A stretch of 64,000 nucleotides of DNA from an uncultured Bacilli bacterium (GCA_944327845.1 CALVHN010000002.1:5326-69325), one strand, 5' to 3'; positions 50,425 to 61,120 are shown, numbered from the stretch's first letter. Program-made: numbers and translations. Notes: a model not told the origin generated them from the letters alone.

Positions 50425-53097
50425 ATGAAAAATAAACTTACTTATATTAAGAAACTTAATCGAAACATTATCTTCTCTTTTACAGGAGTTTTTTTATTAA
50501 CGATAGGTTTTTCATCTTGGTCAGTTTCTGCTGGTGGAGAAGGAACAACAACCCAAGGAAATATAAATGTTTCGGATACGATTACATATAAAGATTCTTT
50601 TAAGTTAAAAATAAACAAAGAATATGATAGAGAAGAATTTTTAAATGGTGCAAGTGTAAGTGATCCAAATAATTATTACAAATTAGAAAGTGAATTAAAT
50701 TGGAAAAATAAAAATTCTAACTCTAATTATAATGGTGATTTAACAGATTATTTTTCAATATATGATAGCAAAGATCCAACTGGAGAAAATTCTCCATTTT
50801 TATATAACTATGAAACATCTAAAAATATAAATTTCGAGAATTATAAAATTGCTTTTAATGATGAAGGTGGAAGTTTAACTTCGACAATACATTATGCATA
50901 TAATTATGATTACTTGGATACAAACAACTCGAGTTTTGATCAAAACGAAATAAATCGTCAAATGGAAATAGTTTCAAATTTAATTAATCCTCAAAACGGG
51001 GATGAGGTAGAATGGGGCGAATGTCAAACTTCTGGTTTCCCAAGTGGAATAAAAGTCTATTACACAAAAGTATTATCATCGAATAATTATGAATATAGAT
51101 TTCATGTCTTTTATCATTGTGTTGGCTCAAATACAATATGTCGAGCTGATTCAAGTTATAATTCCTCTGCTACAGAATCAAGTACTCAAAATGTTACTCC
51201 ATCTTTAACTTTTGTTTCGCCTATAGACCAAAGTAGCGTTCAAAAAAATGGAGCAGCAAGTTTAGTAGTTAAAGCCACTAATCTTTCAAATTCAAATAGA
51301 ACTATTTCATTATCTCAAAATAGGTTTAACAATGTTGCTGGACAAGATGGAGAATTCGATGTAGTAGATTTAAATAAAACATTATCTGATTTTGAACCTT
51401 ACTATAATTTATGTGATTCCTATGCTTTAACTCATTCAGAAGAAATTAAACCAATAAAAAGTGGGGAGACAGTCGAGGTTGAGGCTATTTCTCAAATTGA
51501 TGAAAGCAGTAATATTTCAAACTCAAATAACCCTTGGTTTTATGTAGTTGGAACAAGAAATAAAATAACTAATAGTTCAAATATAACTTATTATAACGGC
51601 TATAGATATTATTTTTTCTACTTCAGGATGCAAGATGATAAGCTTTGTGTAGCTAGTGTTAATAATACAACTGGTGTTTCAAGCCCAACTGGAGTTTATA
51701 ACAGTGCTAGTAATAATTATAACAGTTCAAATTCAATTACAAATAGTGATTGGCCTTTAGTTATTGTTCGAACTAATAATGGAAAAAGCTATAATTTTGA
51801 AGGACAATCTGCCAATTCCAATGCAAATAGTAGTTCATTAACTCCTTATAGTAGATATAGTAGAAGTTATGTTAGATATTTTGTTACTTTTAAGAAAAAT
51901 GAATCCTCTGATTATTCAAATATAAGCGATAACTACGTTTATTTTAATGGAGATTACTATAACAATATTGATAAAACTAAAAAAAGAGAAGACTTTGACA
52001 TGGATTCTTTAATAAATTATTTAAAAATAAATAATGGTTACTATAATAATTTACCAAGTGGCGACGAGACTATATTTGAGGAATATTATAACGAAGATCT
52101 TCCTTATTTATATTTTATTATTAGTAAACGTAAAAAAAGTAACAATAAATATTATTATTTTGCTATCAATATGTTTTGTTATTTTACAGGTGATAATAGT
52201 ACTAATAACAATCAAATAAAACTCACTCAAATAAATTACAGTGGCAATAGTACTAGTAACGAGACAGATTCTGATTTATTTACATTCAATGTTCATTCTG
52301 AAAGCGAGACAAGTTATCCAAGTCATATTTCAGGAAGTTATCATGATGAAGGCAGTTATATTTATTTTGATGTAAGTTATACAAATAATAATGGGAGTGT
52401 AGTTAATACAAAAAACGCTAGATTAAATTTTGCTAGTAATGCTGGTTCAAGTATAGGCTATAAACACACTGATTTTAATTGTACTGCATTAGAACAAAAT
52501 AATGAAAAATTTAATTCAATTTATAGCTTTAATAATTGTTACAGTTTATTTAATGAAATTGACAATGATAAAGATTATTCTTTTAACGCATATTTAAAAA
52601 CACATTCTTCAGGAAGAAATGTTTGGAATTTTAGTGGTTATTATAGTCGTGTAGGATATGCAAACTTTGTTGATTTTTCAAATATGTATACTTTTTCCTC
52701 AAGTTTGTACCAAACTAATTACTCCGCTCAAGGTACTACTGAAAACAATACAAATAAATTCATAACTGAAGATGAAATGGATTCTAATTATTATCTTGAA
52801 AGTGCTGAACCTTATTATGTTTCTAGAAAAGATCCTTCAATGGTTGAATATACTTTTAAAAATAGCATGACGAATGATACAAAAAAATATTTTCTTTATG
52901 TTCCATCAATTGGAAACACCACTAAAGATAGAGTTCATTTGATACTAGATAAAATCAAAACAAAAAATATTAATTTTGATTACAATATGACACTTATTCC
53001 TAAGAATGATGAAATAAAAAATAATATGCAAGAAATAGTTAATTGCTTTGATTTTGATTTAAATATTTCAATAAAGAATTACGAGGTTTTTAGATGA
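50425..53097 (+). CDS. giant SipW-cognate secreted protein, first gene of the rightward operon
   Basis: N-terminus ...IIFSFTGVFLLTIGFSSWSVSAGG. 890 aa, N/S/Y-rich. Its stop overlaps the next start (ATGA). Confidence 0.7.
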   Translation: MKNKLTYIKKLNRNIIFSFTGVFLLTIGFSSWSVSAGGEGTTTQGNINVSDTITYKDSFKLKINKEYDREEFLNGASVSDPNNYYKLESELNWKNKNSNSNYNGDLTDYFSIYDSKDPTGENSPFLYNYETSKNINFENYKIAFNDEGGSLTSTIHYAYNYDYLDTNNSSFDQNEINRQMEIVSNLINPQNGDEVEWGECQTSGFPSGIKVYYTKVLSSNNYEYRFHVFYHCVGSNTICRADSSYNSSATESSTQNVTPSLTFVSPIDQSSVQKNGAASLVVKATNLSNSNRTISLSQNRFNNVAGQDGEFDVVDLNKTLSDFEPYYNLCDSYALTHSEEIKPIKSGETVEVEAISQIDESSNISNSNNPWFYVVGTRNKITNSSNITYYNGYRYYFFYFRMQDDKLCVASVNNTTGVSSPTGVYNSASNNYNSSNSITNSDWPLVIVRTNNGKSYNFEGQSANSNANSSSLTPYSRYSRSYVRYFVTFKKNESSDYSNISDNYVYFNGDYYNNIDKTKKREDFDMDSLINYLKINNGYYNNLPSGDETIFEEYYNEDLPYLYFIISKRKKSNNKYYYFAINMFCYFTGDNSTNNNQIKLTQINYSGNSTSNETDSDLFTFNVHSESETSYPSHISGSYHDEGSYIYFDVSYTNNNGSVVNTKNARLNFASNAGSSIGYKHTDFNCTALEQNNEKFNSIYSFNNCYSLFNEIDNDKDYSFNAYLKTHSSGRNVWNFSGYYSRVGYANFVDFSNMYTFSSSLYQTNYSAQGTTENNTNKFITEDEMDSNYYLESAEPYYVSRKDPSMVEYTFKNSMTNDTKKYFLYVPSIGNTTKDRVHLILDKIKTKNINFDYNMTLIPKNDEIKNNMQEIVNCFDFDLNISIKNYEVFR

Positions 53098-55502
53098 AAA
53101 CAAAAGGTTTAGGATTTATTTTATCAATTTTAATTATATCTTTATTTTCTATTGGTTTAGCTTCTTTTAATCTTGAAAATAATGATACTAGATATGACTT
53201 TCAAGTGGATGAAACAGGAGAGAATTATATTACTTTAAATTATAATGATGGAATAACCCCTGAACATAAAGTTTATTTTGAAGGAAGTACTATAAGTATA
53301 AATTCATTTATGAAATATCCTACACCTCAAAATTCTTTAAATCATACTTTTATCGGATGGTATACTACTAAAAGTGGTTTTAATGAAGATGGAACATCTT
53401 CAAAATATAATGAAGAAGAACTATCAAGTGGTTCAACTTTATATGCAAAATATATTAATAATTCTAATCAAAGTATTACTGAAAATAATCAAATTCCTAT
53501 AACAATTAGTCCGTCTAATTTAGGAAGTTCATCAAATAATCAATACTATTATTTTTCTGGTATTTCTGATAGCACACCTATATTAGAAACAATTATAACT
53601 AAAAAAGGTTCTTTAAATGTTAATTCTTCTCTTGGAGCTTATTCTGATGGAAGTCAAGGAACGGATCAACAGGTGAAATTACCATCAGAAGCAGATTTAA
53701 TTCTTGTTCTTGATTCAGATCTTGTAATTGAAGGAGAGGTTAATATAAGCGCTGTTTTAGGTGGAAGTACAGGTAACTTACAAGCAATGATTACCAGTAA
53801 TTTTTCGGCAATAGATTTAAACGGATATACGATTACTATAAGAAATGATGGCTCTTTAAATGGTTATGGAATGATATATAATTCTCAGGATACTGGAGGA
53901 ATCATTGTAGAAAATGGAAGCATAACTACTCCGTTTGTTGTTTATGGCTTTAAAGGAGGAGGACTAACTGGTTGGTCTTGGGCTAGTGCATTGTCTCCTT
54001 TTTCTAATTTTTTATGTCCATATTTATCTTGTGAAATATTATTTACAAGCGGCGGAAAATTAGTAGGAAAAACTTCTTTATATGCAAACGATGACGAAAA
54101 TGTAACTACTATTAATTTAGTAGGAAATTCTGAAGATTATTTAGTTCAAATAAATAGAGGATTTTTAATAAGAAGGCAAACGAATTATTTAAAATATGTA
54201 AGCGAAAGACTCACTCTTAATAATACAATTACAACATTTTATGATTTACTTGATGCAAATTATCGTGAAAATTTTATTTTTACTAATAACCCATCAGAAA
54301 AGATTAAATATCTTGATAAAAAAAGAACTGAATATTATGTTTGTGATCGTGCCGATATAAATATTAATACGTTAGATATGCCAATAGAAACTGGTCTTGC
54401 ATCTTTAAATGTAAGCATGAAATATGTTGATTTTCCTATTCCTTCTTTTTTTGATATTGAATTTTATAATTCTAATATTTATTTTGGGTTAAGTTTAGCA
54501 TTTATGCCAAGTAGCACGTGTTTTATCGATGAAAATTCAATTTTAAATTTTTTTGCAACAGATGGTGGTAGAAAATACACATATGATATCTTTGCTCGAA
54601 TTAGTACGATAGACCATTATTATACAAGTTTAAACTATACTGTTAATGGAAGTAGAGTTGGTATGTTTAACCAAGGTAATCCTTCGATTTATATTTCACA
54701 AGGCTTAATGAATTCAACAAAACCTGCAGAAGTAACAATTGAAGGTTTAATTAATTTTGACTTTAATAGTTCTTATAGTTCTAGCAAGGATGCGTTATAT
54801 TCGATTTATTCAATAGGTGGCAGAGTAAATTTATCTCAAGAATCTTTAAATGAGATTTTTTTAAATTCAGAAAAAATTAATATATATAATTCTTATTGTA
54901 ATTATACTTATTTCACACCTGGGAGTAGGCAATATTATTTTAATATTTGTCATTATTTTACTTATCCTTTAATTTCAAATGATAAAGCATATATTCAGTT
55001 AGATTTAAATACTAACGATGACGAAGAAAAATATGAACTTGTTGAATGCGATAGTTTCGATTTAAATAATCAACTTTATACTTATCAGAATAAAACGTAT
55101 TTCTATAATTTTATAAATCCAACTACAAATTTAGCGTGTGGAGGTATTTTTGGCTTGACTAGTTATACTGATTGTCCTGGCGAAACCAATACTAATAATA
55201 AGTTAAATAATTTATATGGAGTTTGGACAGAATGTGAAAAAGGAATAGTAAATAACAATAAAAATTATGTTTATTATATCAAAACTACTCAAAATGGCAT
55301 TTCTACATATTACATTAAAATGGCAGGAGCATATCTTAAATGCGATGAAGAACCACAATTAAATGAGTTAAATAAGATGAATGATGTTTCTATTACTGAA
55401 AATGGAAAATTTAATGCAGATGGCTCCTCAGGTTATACAATTGGTTCAACAGCTTATTTTGATTATGACTACTTTAATGAATGGAGATTTAACTATGAGT
55501 AA
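53094..55502 (+). CDS. giant SipW-cognate secreted protein with Listeria-Bacteroides (Flg_new) repeat
   Basis: N-terminus ...ILSILIISLFSIGLASFNL. HTFIGWYTTKSGFNEDG...LYAKY Flg_new motif. 802 aa. Confidence 0.7.
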   Translation: MKTKGLGFILSILIISLFSIGLASFNLENNDTRYDFQVDETGENYITLNYNDGITPEHKVYFEGSTISINSFMKYPTPQNSLNHTFIGWYTTKSGFNEDGTSSKYNEEELSSGSTLYAKYINNSNQSITENNQIPITISPSNLGSSSNNQYYYFSGISDSTPILETIITKKGSLNVNSSLGAYSDGSQGTDQQVKLPSEADLILVLDSDLVIEGEVNISAVLGGSTGNLQAMITSNFSAIDLNGYTITIRNDGSLNGYGMIYNSQDTGGIIVENGSITTPFVVYGFKGGGLTGWSWASALSPFSNFLCPYLSCEILFTSGGKLVGKTSLYANDDENVTTINLVGNSEDYLVQINRGFLIRRQTNYLKYVSERLTLNNTITTFYDLLDANYRENFIFTNNPSEKIKYLDKKRTEYYVCDRADININTLDMPIETGLASLNVSMKYVDFPIPSFFDIEFYNSNIYFGLSLAFMPSSTCFIDENSILNFFATDGGRKYTYDIFARISTIDHYYTSLNYTVNGSRVGMFNQGNPSIYISQGLMNSTKPAEVTIEGLINFDFNSSYSSSKDALYSIYSIGGRVNLSQESLNEIFLNSEKINIYNSYCNYTYFTPGSRQYYFNICHYFTYPLISNDKAYIQLDLNTNDDEEKYELVECDSFDLNNQLYTYQNKTYFYNFINPTTNLACGGIFGLTSYTDCPGETNTNNKLNNLYGVWTECEKGIVNNNKNYVYYIKTTQNGISTYYIKMAGAYLKCDEEPQLNELNKMNDVSITENGKFNADGSSGYTIGSTAYFDYDYFNEWRFNYE

Positions 55503-57993
55503 AAATAATAAGTTAGTGAAAAAAATCTTTTATATTACTACTCCATCGTTAGTAGTAGGCTCTTTAGCTGGTGTTGGTTTTTCTTCTTTCGTTTTGGGTG
55601 AAGATCAAAGTGAAACAACAAATATAAATATTGAAACTGGTAATCTTGAAATGGTTTCAAGCGTTTATTTTAATAATGTTTCTATGCTTTCAAGAAATAT
55701 TAATTTTGATGCATTTCAATTAGATAATTTTGGAAAAGTAACATCGACTAATTCTTCAGAACAACTAACAATTAGATTTACTGGAACATTAAATGGATAT
55801 AACACAAATTGGGATGAAATTAGATTTAATATTAGAATAAGTAATGAATTTAAATATGTTTTTGAACAATTAATTGATGATAAATTAATTGAAGAACCAA
55901 TATTTCATCCACTAAAAAAGGGTAGTAGCAATAAGTCTATATCTACAAATGAGATAGGTAGTTTTTGGACAAGCGATGCAACAAGCAATGATACAAGAAA
56001 TTTTGTAGTATATGCAGAATTTAATTGGGGAGAATATTTTAATAATATGAATCCTTCGTTATTTTTTGATTCAAATAATAGTAATGGAATCAAAAAAGGA
56101 AATGAATATACTACAAATGAAATTAGAGAAATTTTAGATAGAATTAAAGAGCTGGATAATGCAGATTATACAATATATATCGATCCTTTCATTAATAGTG
56201 AAACAAATTATAGTGTAACATTAGATGCTAATGGTGGTTCTTTTGAATTTAACAACACTAACTCTACTACTAAATTGTTCGATAATTTGATTGATCACGA
56301 TAAAATTATTTTACCTGTACCTTTCTATTCTAGAAATTCTTTTCTTTATTGGAGAAATGACTCAACAGGAGAAACCTTTGATGGAAATGAAAGAATTTAT
56401 ATCGATGAAATTTTTAAGAATAATTCACAAAAAAGTTTAATTTTAAAGGCTTTTTGGAGAAATATTGAAGCAAATGGCACAGTTGAATTTAATACAAATA
56501 GTGAAAGTATGCCTTCAAATTTAACGGTTTATGTTAAATCAAAAAGTGAAACTTCAACATATTATGATTTTAATAATAATGTTGGCGGAACAATTCATGC
56601 TTTAATTGGAGATAAAATAAGAATTTCTAATTCAAGTGGTGTTAAAGAAGTTTTCTTTGAAGGTCTATCAGCACAACCTGATCTCTATGGATTTTATGAA
56701 GTTATAAATTCAAATTTTACTATAACAATTACCCCTAGGAGAGCATTTTATATTAATATTTCCTATAATACAATTTCAGGTGAAGCAGTTTCTCCTAAAT
56801 ATGTAATGTTTTCTTTAGTTAAGGACAATGGAGAACCAAGTATTTATAATCAAAGTGAAACTAATCAAATACCAGTTGGTGAAGGTGAGAAAATCTTATT
56901 AAATAATGTACATGGTGTTGATTCCATTATTTATAATGGAAATGATATAAATAATAGCGATAATTATATAAGTGTTACTGAAAACATTAATTTAAGTATT
57001 ACACCTCAAAATTCTTTAACTGTTACTTTAAATAAGGTAAACATTAATAATGGAGAAACGCCAAATGTCAACTATACAGTCACTAATAGTTCTGGAGTTG
57101 AAATTTGCAATTTAAATACTGGTAATATTAGCGGTAACAGCTATACCATTAGTAATACCCTTGCGGTAGGAGATAATATTGTATTTAATGTTAATGCTTC
57201 AACAAATGTTAGCGCAATATCACCTGATAAAATTTCTAATATTCAAGGGAATGCTTCTGTTTCTGTAACCCCAACAGAAGGTGGATGTTTTACAAAAGGA
57301 ACTTTGATTTTAATGGGGGATAATACTTATAAGAAAATTGAAGATTTGAAGGTTGGTGATATTATCAAAACATATTCGCATAATAATGGATGTTTTGAGA
57401 ACCAACCATTAACATATATCTCATATCATTCAACAAGAATTTACAAAGTATTAAAACTTACATTTGAAGATAATGTTTCAATTAATGTTTTATTTGCCCA
57501 TGGCTTCTTGAATGCTAATACAAAAAAATATGAAGAAATTGGTTATGATAATGTTAAAAATAAGATTGGAAATGAATATATTTTTGTTGAAAACAATAAA
57601 TTAGTTAGAAAAACACTAGTTTTTTATGAAATTTATGAAGAACAGACTGAATGTTATTCTTTAACAAGTGCATATAATCTTAATCATATAATTAATGGAG
57701 CGTTATGTATTGCTGACGATATTTCTGGTTTATATAATTACTTTGAACTTGATGATAATTTTAATTATGACAAAGAAAAACAAAAAGCTGATTTATTAAA
57801 ATATGGTATTTTAGAATATGATAAAGTATCGTACTTTATTCCTAAAATAATTTACGATTTATTTAACGCCAAATACTTGAGCGTTTCTATTGGGAAAGGA
57901 TTAATTACAATAGAAACAATGGAAAAATATGTAAGAACATTTTTCAACAATGAAATTATTGACAATCTGGCTATGTCTTTTCATATTAGATGA
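55495..57993 (+). CDS. giant SipW-cognate secreted protein with Flg_new repeat, C-terminal Hint domain and conserved extension
   Basis: Start moved to ATG at 55495 (MSKNNKLVKK...), which overlaps the upstream stop. N-terminus ...LVVGSLAGVGFSSFVLG. Flg_new motif SFLYWRNDSTGETFDG...LKAFW. Hint N-block GCFTKGTLILMGDNTYKKIEDLKVGDII and C-block YSLTSAYNLNHIINGALC. Tail homologous to the 45975-48887 protein. Confidence 0.7.
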   Translation: MSKNNKLVKKIFYITTPSLVVGSLAGVGFSSFVLGEDQSETTNINIETGNLEMVSSVYFNNVSMLSRNINFDAFQLDNFGKVTSTNSSEQLTIRFTGTLNGYNTNWDEIRFNIRISNEFKYVFEQLIDDKLIEEPIFHPLKKGSSNKSISTNEIGSFWTSDATSNDTRNFVVYAEFNWGEYFNNMNPSLFFDSNNSNGIKKGNEYTTNEIREILDRIKELDNADYTIYIDPFINSETNYSVTLDANGGSFEFNNTNSTTKLFDNLIDHDKIILPVPFYSRNSFLYWRNDSTGETFDGNERIYIDEIFKNNSQKSLILKAFWRNIEANGTVEFNTNSESMPSNLTVYVKSKSETSTYYDFNNNVGGTIHALIGDKIRISNSSGVKEVFFEGLSAQPDLYGFYEVINSNFTITITPRRAFYINISYNTISGEAVSPKYVMFSLVKDNGEPSIYNQSETNQIPVGEGEKILLNNVHGVDSIIYNGNDINNSDNYISVTENINLSITPQNSLTVTLNKVNINNGETPNVNYTVTNSSGVEICNLNTGNISGNSYTISNTLAVGDNIVFNVNASTNVSAISPDKISNIQGNASVSVTPTEGGCFTKGTLILMGDNTYKKIEDLKVGDIIKTYSHNNGCFENQPLTYISYHSTRIYKVLKLTFEDNVSINVLFAHGFLNANTKKYEEIGYDNVKNKIGNEYIFVENNKLVRKTLVFYEIYEEQTECYSLTSAYNLNHIINGALCIADDISGLYNYFELDDNFNYDKEKQKADLLKYGILEYDKVSYFIPKIIYDLFNAKYLSVSIGKGLITIETMEKYVRTFFNNEIIDNLAMSFHIR

Positions 57994-58030
57994 ATGCTTT
58001 TTAAAGAAGATAATTTTAGAATCTGAATTT
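57991..58030. repeat. about 40-nt copy of the 3' coding end of the convergent Y-family polymerase gene
   Basis: tgaatgctttttaaagaagataattttagaatctgaa is about 85% identical to 58278-58317 (ttgaatgcttttctaaagaagataatcttaaaatagaattg), which lies inside the polymerase CDS. Confidence 0.6.
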
Positions 58031-58232
58031 AGCCAATAAGCCCTATTTTGAGGTGTTAAGTACAATTGAAATATCACAATTTCATATCAAATAAAATCTC
58101 AATTTTTTTTATAAAATATTTGAAAATTTTTGCAAATAAAAATATCTATATTATTAAAAAATAATACGGATAAAAGTTGATAGGAATTAAAAATTTTAAA
58201 TTTTAAGGTGTTAAAAGTCTAAAAAAGTTAAA

Positions 58233-59495
58233 TTATTTCCTATGTCCACCAATCTGGTTATGTCTTTCCTTAGCTGTTGAATGCTTTTCTAAAGAAGATA
58301 ATCTTAAAATAGAATTGTCACCATATTGAGCTTTAATTTGATCTAAAGCAGTTAATTCTTTCTTTTCTTTTTGATATTTAGAATCATCTAAATCAAAAAG
58401 AGATAATTGCTTAAGACGTGCATCAGTTAATTTAGTTAAAGATATACCTATTTGTCTAATTGGCTTATCTAAACAATATTTATTAAATAAATACATTAAA
58501 GAATTGTAGATTTCTGAAGTTAAATCTGTTGGTTGCATTAGTTGTACTTGATGAGAAAAACCTTTAGCATCATCAATTGAAAAAGAATACCTAATTGAAA
58601 GATGGACACATTCAGTAAATTGTTTTCTTTTTCTTAATCTTAAAGTTAAATCATCACTCATTTCTCTTAAAATTAAAGGAATCTCTTCTTTTGAATAATC
58701 TCTCATCAAAACCTGTCCTAATGATAAATTTTTATTTAATGGAATATATTTATTTCTAATATCAGTATTATCGATACCATTAGCATTGTTATATAGCTCT
58801 TCACCCATTACACCAAATAATTTAATAAGAATATCTTTGTCATAATGAGCTAAATCATAAACCGAATATATTCCTAAAGTATTTAATTTTTTTTGATACC
58901 CACTAGCAATACCCCAAAGTTCACTTAAAGGTCTAATTGGCCAAAGCTTTGTCGGAATATCTTCTTTAGTCCACATCGAAATATAGTTGTTTTCTTTATT
59001 GTTTTTAGCGTCTTTATCATCACAAACTTTAGCTAAAAACATATTAGGACCTATTCCACAAGTTAAAGTTAATCCTGTTTTTTCATAAACTTTTTTAACT
59101 ATTTTTTTACATAGCTCAATAGGAGTAGATTTATATAATTTTAAGTAAGGAGTAAGATAAATAAAACATTCATCAATGGAATATACATGCATATCATCAT
59201 ATCCAACAAAATCAAGAATGATTGAAGTTACATAAGCTGACATTTTAACATACTTTTCCATTTGAGGTTTAGCAAGAATCATATTAGGAATATTAGTTGG
59301 TAAATCTCTTCTTCTACAGCGAGAAGGAACTCCTAAAGCTTTTAAATAAGGAGAAACACTTAAAACAATTGTTGCTTCTTTTCTTGATATATCAGTAACA
59401 GCAAGAGGGGTAGTAAAAGGATCAAGTCCTCTTTCCACACACTCAAATGAAGCATAAAAAGCTTTAATATCTAAAACTGCATAGTATTTTTCCAT
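58233..59495 (-). CDS. Y-family DNA polymerase (DinB/UmuC-like)
   Basis: N-terminal YAVLDIKAFYASFECVERGLDP matches the Y-family IHVDMDAFFASVE block. 420 aa. Confidence 0.8.
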   Translation of the reverse strand: MEKYYAVLDIKAFYASFECVERGLDPFTTPLAVTDISRKEATIVLSVSPYLKALGVPSRCRRRDLPTNIPNMILAKPQMEKYVKMSAYVTSIILDFVGYDDMHVYSIDECFIYLTPYLKLYKSTPIELCKKIVKKVYEKTGLTLTCGIGPNMFLAKVCDDKDAKNNKENNYISMWTKEDIPTKLWPIRPLSELWGIASGYQKKLNTLGIYSVYDLAHYDKDILIKLFGVMGEELYNNANGIDNTDIRNKYIPLNKNLSLGQVLMRDYSKEEIPLILREMSDDLTLRLRKRKQFTECVHLSIRYSFSIDDAKGFSHQVQLMQPTDLTSEIYNSLMYLFNKYCLDKPIRQIGISLTKLTDARLKQLSLFDLDDSKYQKEKKELTALDQIKAQYGDNSILRLSSLEKHSTAKERHNQIGGHRK

Positions 59496-59775
59496 AACTA
59501 TATTTAAGCATAAAATTTATATCTTTTTAAGTAAAATTATTAAGCAGATAATTAAGTATTTAGTAAAAATATAGTAGATTTGCAAGGTTTTTTGCTTAAA
59601 ATAGTTAATATCTAGTTACTTTTTATACTATATTTATTTTCAATATGAATAATTAGAAAAAAATATTAAGAAATTACTAATTTCTAATATCAATATAAAT
59701 AAAGAAAATGTATAATAATAAAGAAATAAAAGAAATTAGTGTTTATTTTTAAAAAAAGAGGAATTAAATAAACTT

Positions 59776-60627
59776 ATGAATGTTTTACTATGTATATTTG
59801 ATAACATTAACGCTGGTGTAATTGTGGAATTTATTTTTGTTACAATTTTATTAATATCAATTAATGTTTTTATTAATTATTTTATTAAAAGAAAGTTTGT
59901 TACTATTCCTTTATTAGTATTTACAATAGGTTTTTATTTATCATATATCTTTAACTTATATTATTTATCTTTATTATTTATTACTTTAATATTTATTTTA
60001 TTTTTAGTTGCAGTATTTACTAATCTTGCTGAGTTTAGATCATATATTGCAAATAATGTAAATAATACAAATCGAAATTTAAAAGATATTGTTAAGAAAA
60101 ATAATAATAAAGATGTAGAAAAACTATTTAATCGTGATGAATTCTATAATGAAATAAATAAAACAGTAATTTATTTATCAAAAAATAAGATTGGAGCAAT
60201 TATGACTTTTGAAAGAAAAGATAATTTATCTAATTTTTCTTTCTCTAAAAATGGTGTGAAATTAAATGCTCCAGTATCCTTTGAATTATTAATTACTATC
60301 TTTTATCCAGGTACCAGACTTCATGATGGTGCAGTAGTTATTAAAGATAATATTATTAAACTTGCTAGTGTTTTTTATACTCCATCAACTAAGCCATTAA
60401 ATGGTAAATATGGTTCTAGACATCGTGCTGCTATTGGAATTTCTGAAATTTGTGATGCAATAACGGTTGTTGTTAGTGAAGAAACAGGCAGGATTTCCAT
60501 AGCTTATAATGGTGAAATATCTTCTTATTCTGAAGATTCCTTTATTCGAGCTTTTGCTAATTTAATGCAAGAAGAGGATGTTTTAAGTTTGGATAGTGAA
60601 AATAAAGGAAATAATCTTAATGAATAA
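59776..60627 (+). CDS. cdaA: diadenylate cyclase CdaA
   Basis: Three N-terminal TM helices and a DAC domain (GAIMTFERKD, RLHDGAVVIKDN, GSRHRAAIGISE, TVVVSEETGRISIAYNG). Confidence 0.88.
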   Translation: MNVLLCIFDNINAGVIVEFIFVTILLISINVFINYFIKRKFVTIPLLVFTIGFYLSYIFNLYYLSLLFITLIFILFLVAVFTNLAEFRSYIANNVNNTNRNLKDIVKKNNNKDVEKLFNRDEFYNEINKTVIYLSKNKIGAIMTFERKDNLSNFSFSKNGVKLNAPVSFELLITIFYPGTRLHDGAVVIKDNIIKLASVFYTPSTKPLNGKYGSRHRAAIGISEICDAITVVVSEETGRISIAYNGEISSYSEDSFIRAFANLMQEEDVLSLDSENKGNNLNE

Positions 60628-61120
60628 AGATACTTTAGAGTATAAGTATTTAGTATTTTTAAATGAAGTTATTGATAAGATTAACTTATCAATAATGTTA
60701 GAGGATAATTCATATTTAAATGAATTAAAGAACGATGCATTTAACTTAATTAAATTAACGAACAATAAAATTGAAATAAATAAATTAAAAGAAAATAATA
60801 TTGAAAAGGTAAAAGTTAATTTAATTATTAAAGATAAAGATGATGTATTTTTAAAAAATAATCAACTTTTAGAAGGTTTTTTAAGTAAAAATCAAGATAT
60901 TTTTGACTTAATTAAAAATATATTATTAAAAAATAAAATATTAAAAGAAGAAAACTTAAATGTTTCTTCTTTTAACTTACTTGGAATAAGTAATGATACT
61001 AAATACTTAAATATTTATTATCAAATTAATGATGTTACAAACTTTGATTTATCTAATCTTAATAAAATAAATATCAAAGATTTAAAAATAAATAATGATA
61101 TTAAGCAAAAAATAAGTTAA
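60619..61120 (+). CDS. hypothetical protein downstream of cdaA (possible short CdaR/YbbR-like regulator)
   Basis: 167 aa, overlaps the cdaA end. The position matches cdaR in Firmicutes, but the protein is much shorter and has no clear motif. Confidence 0.3.
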
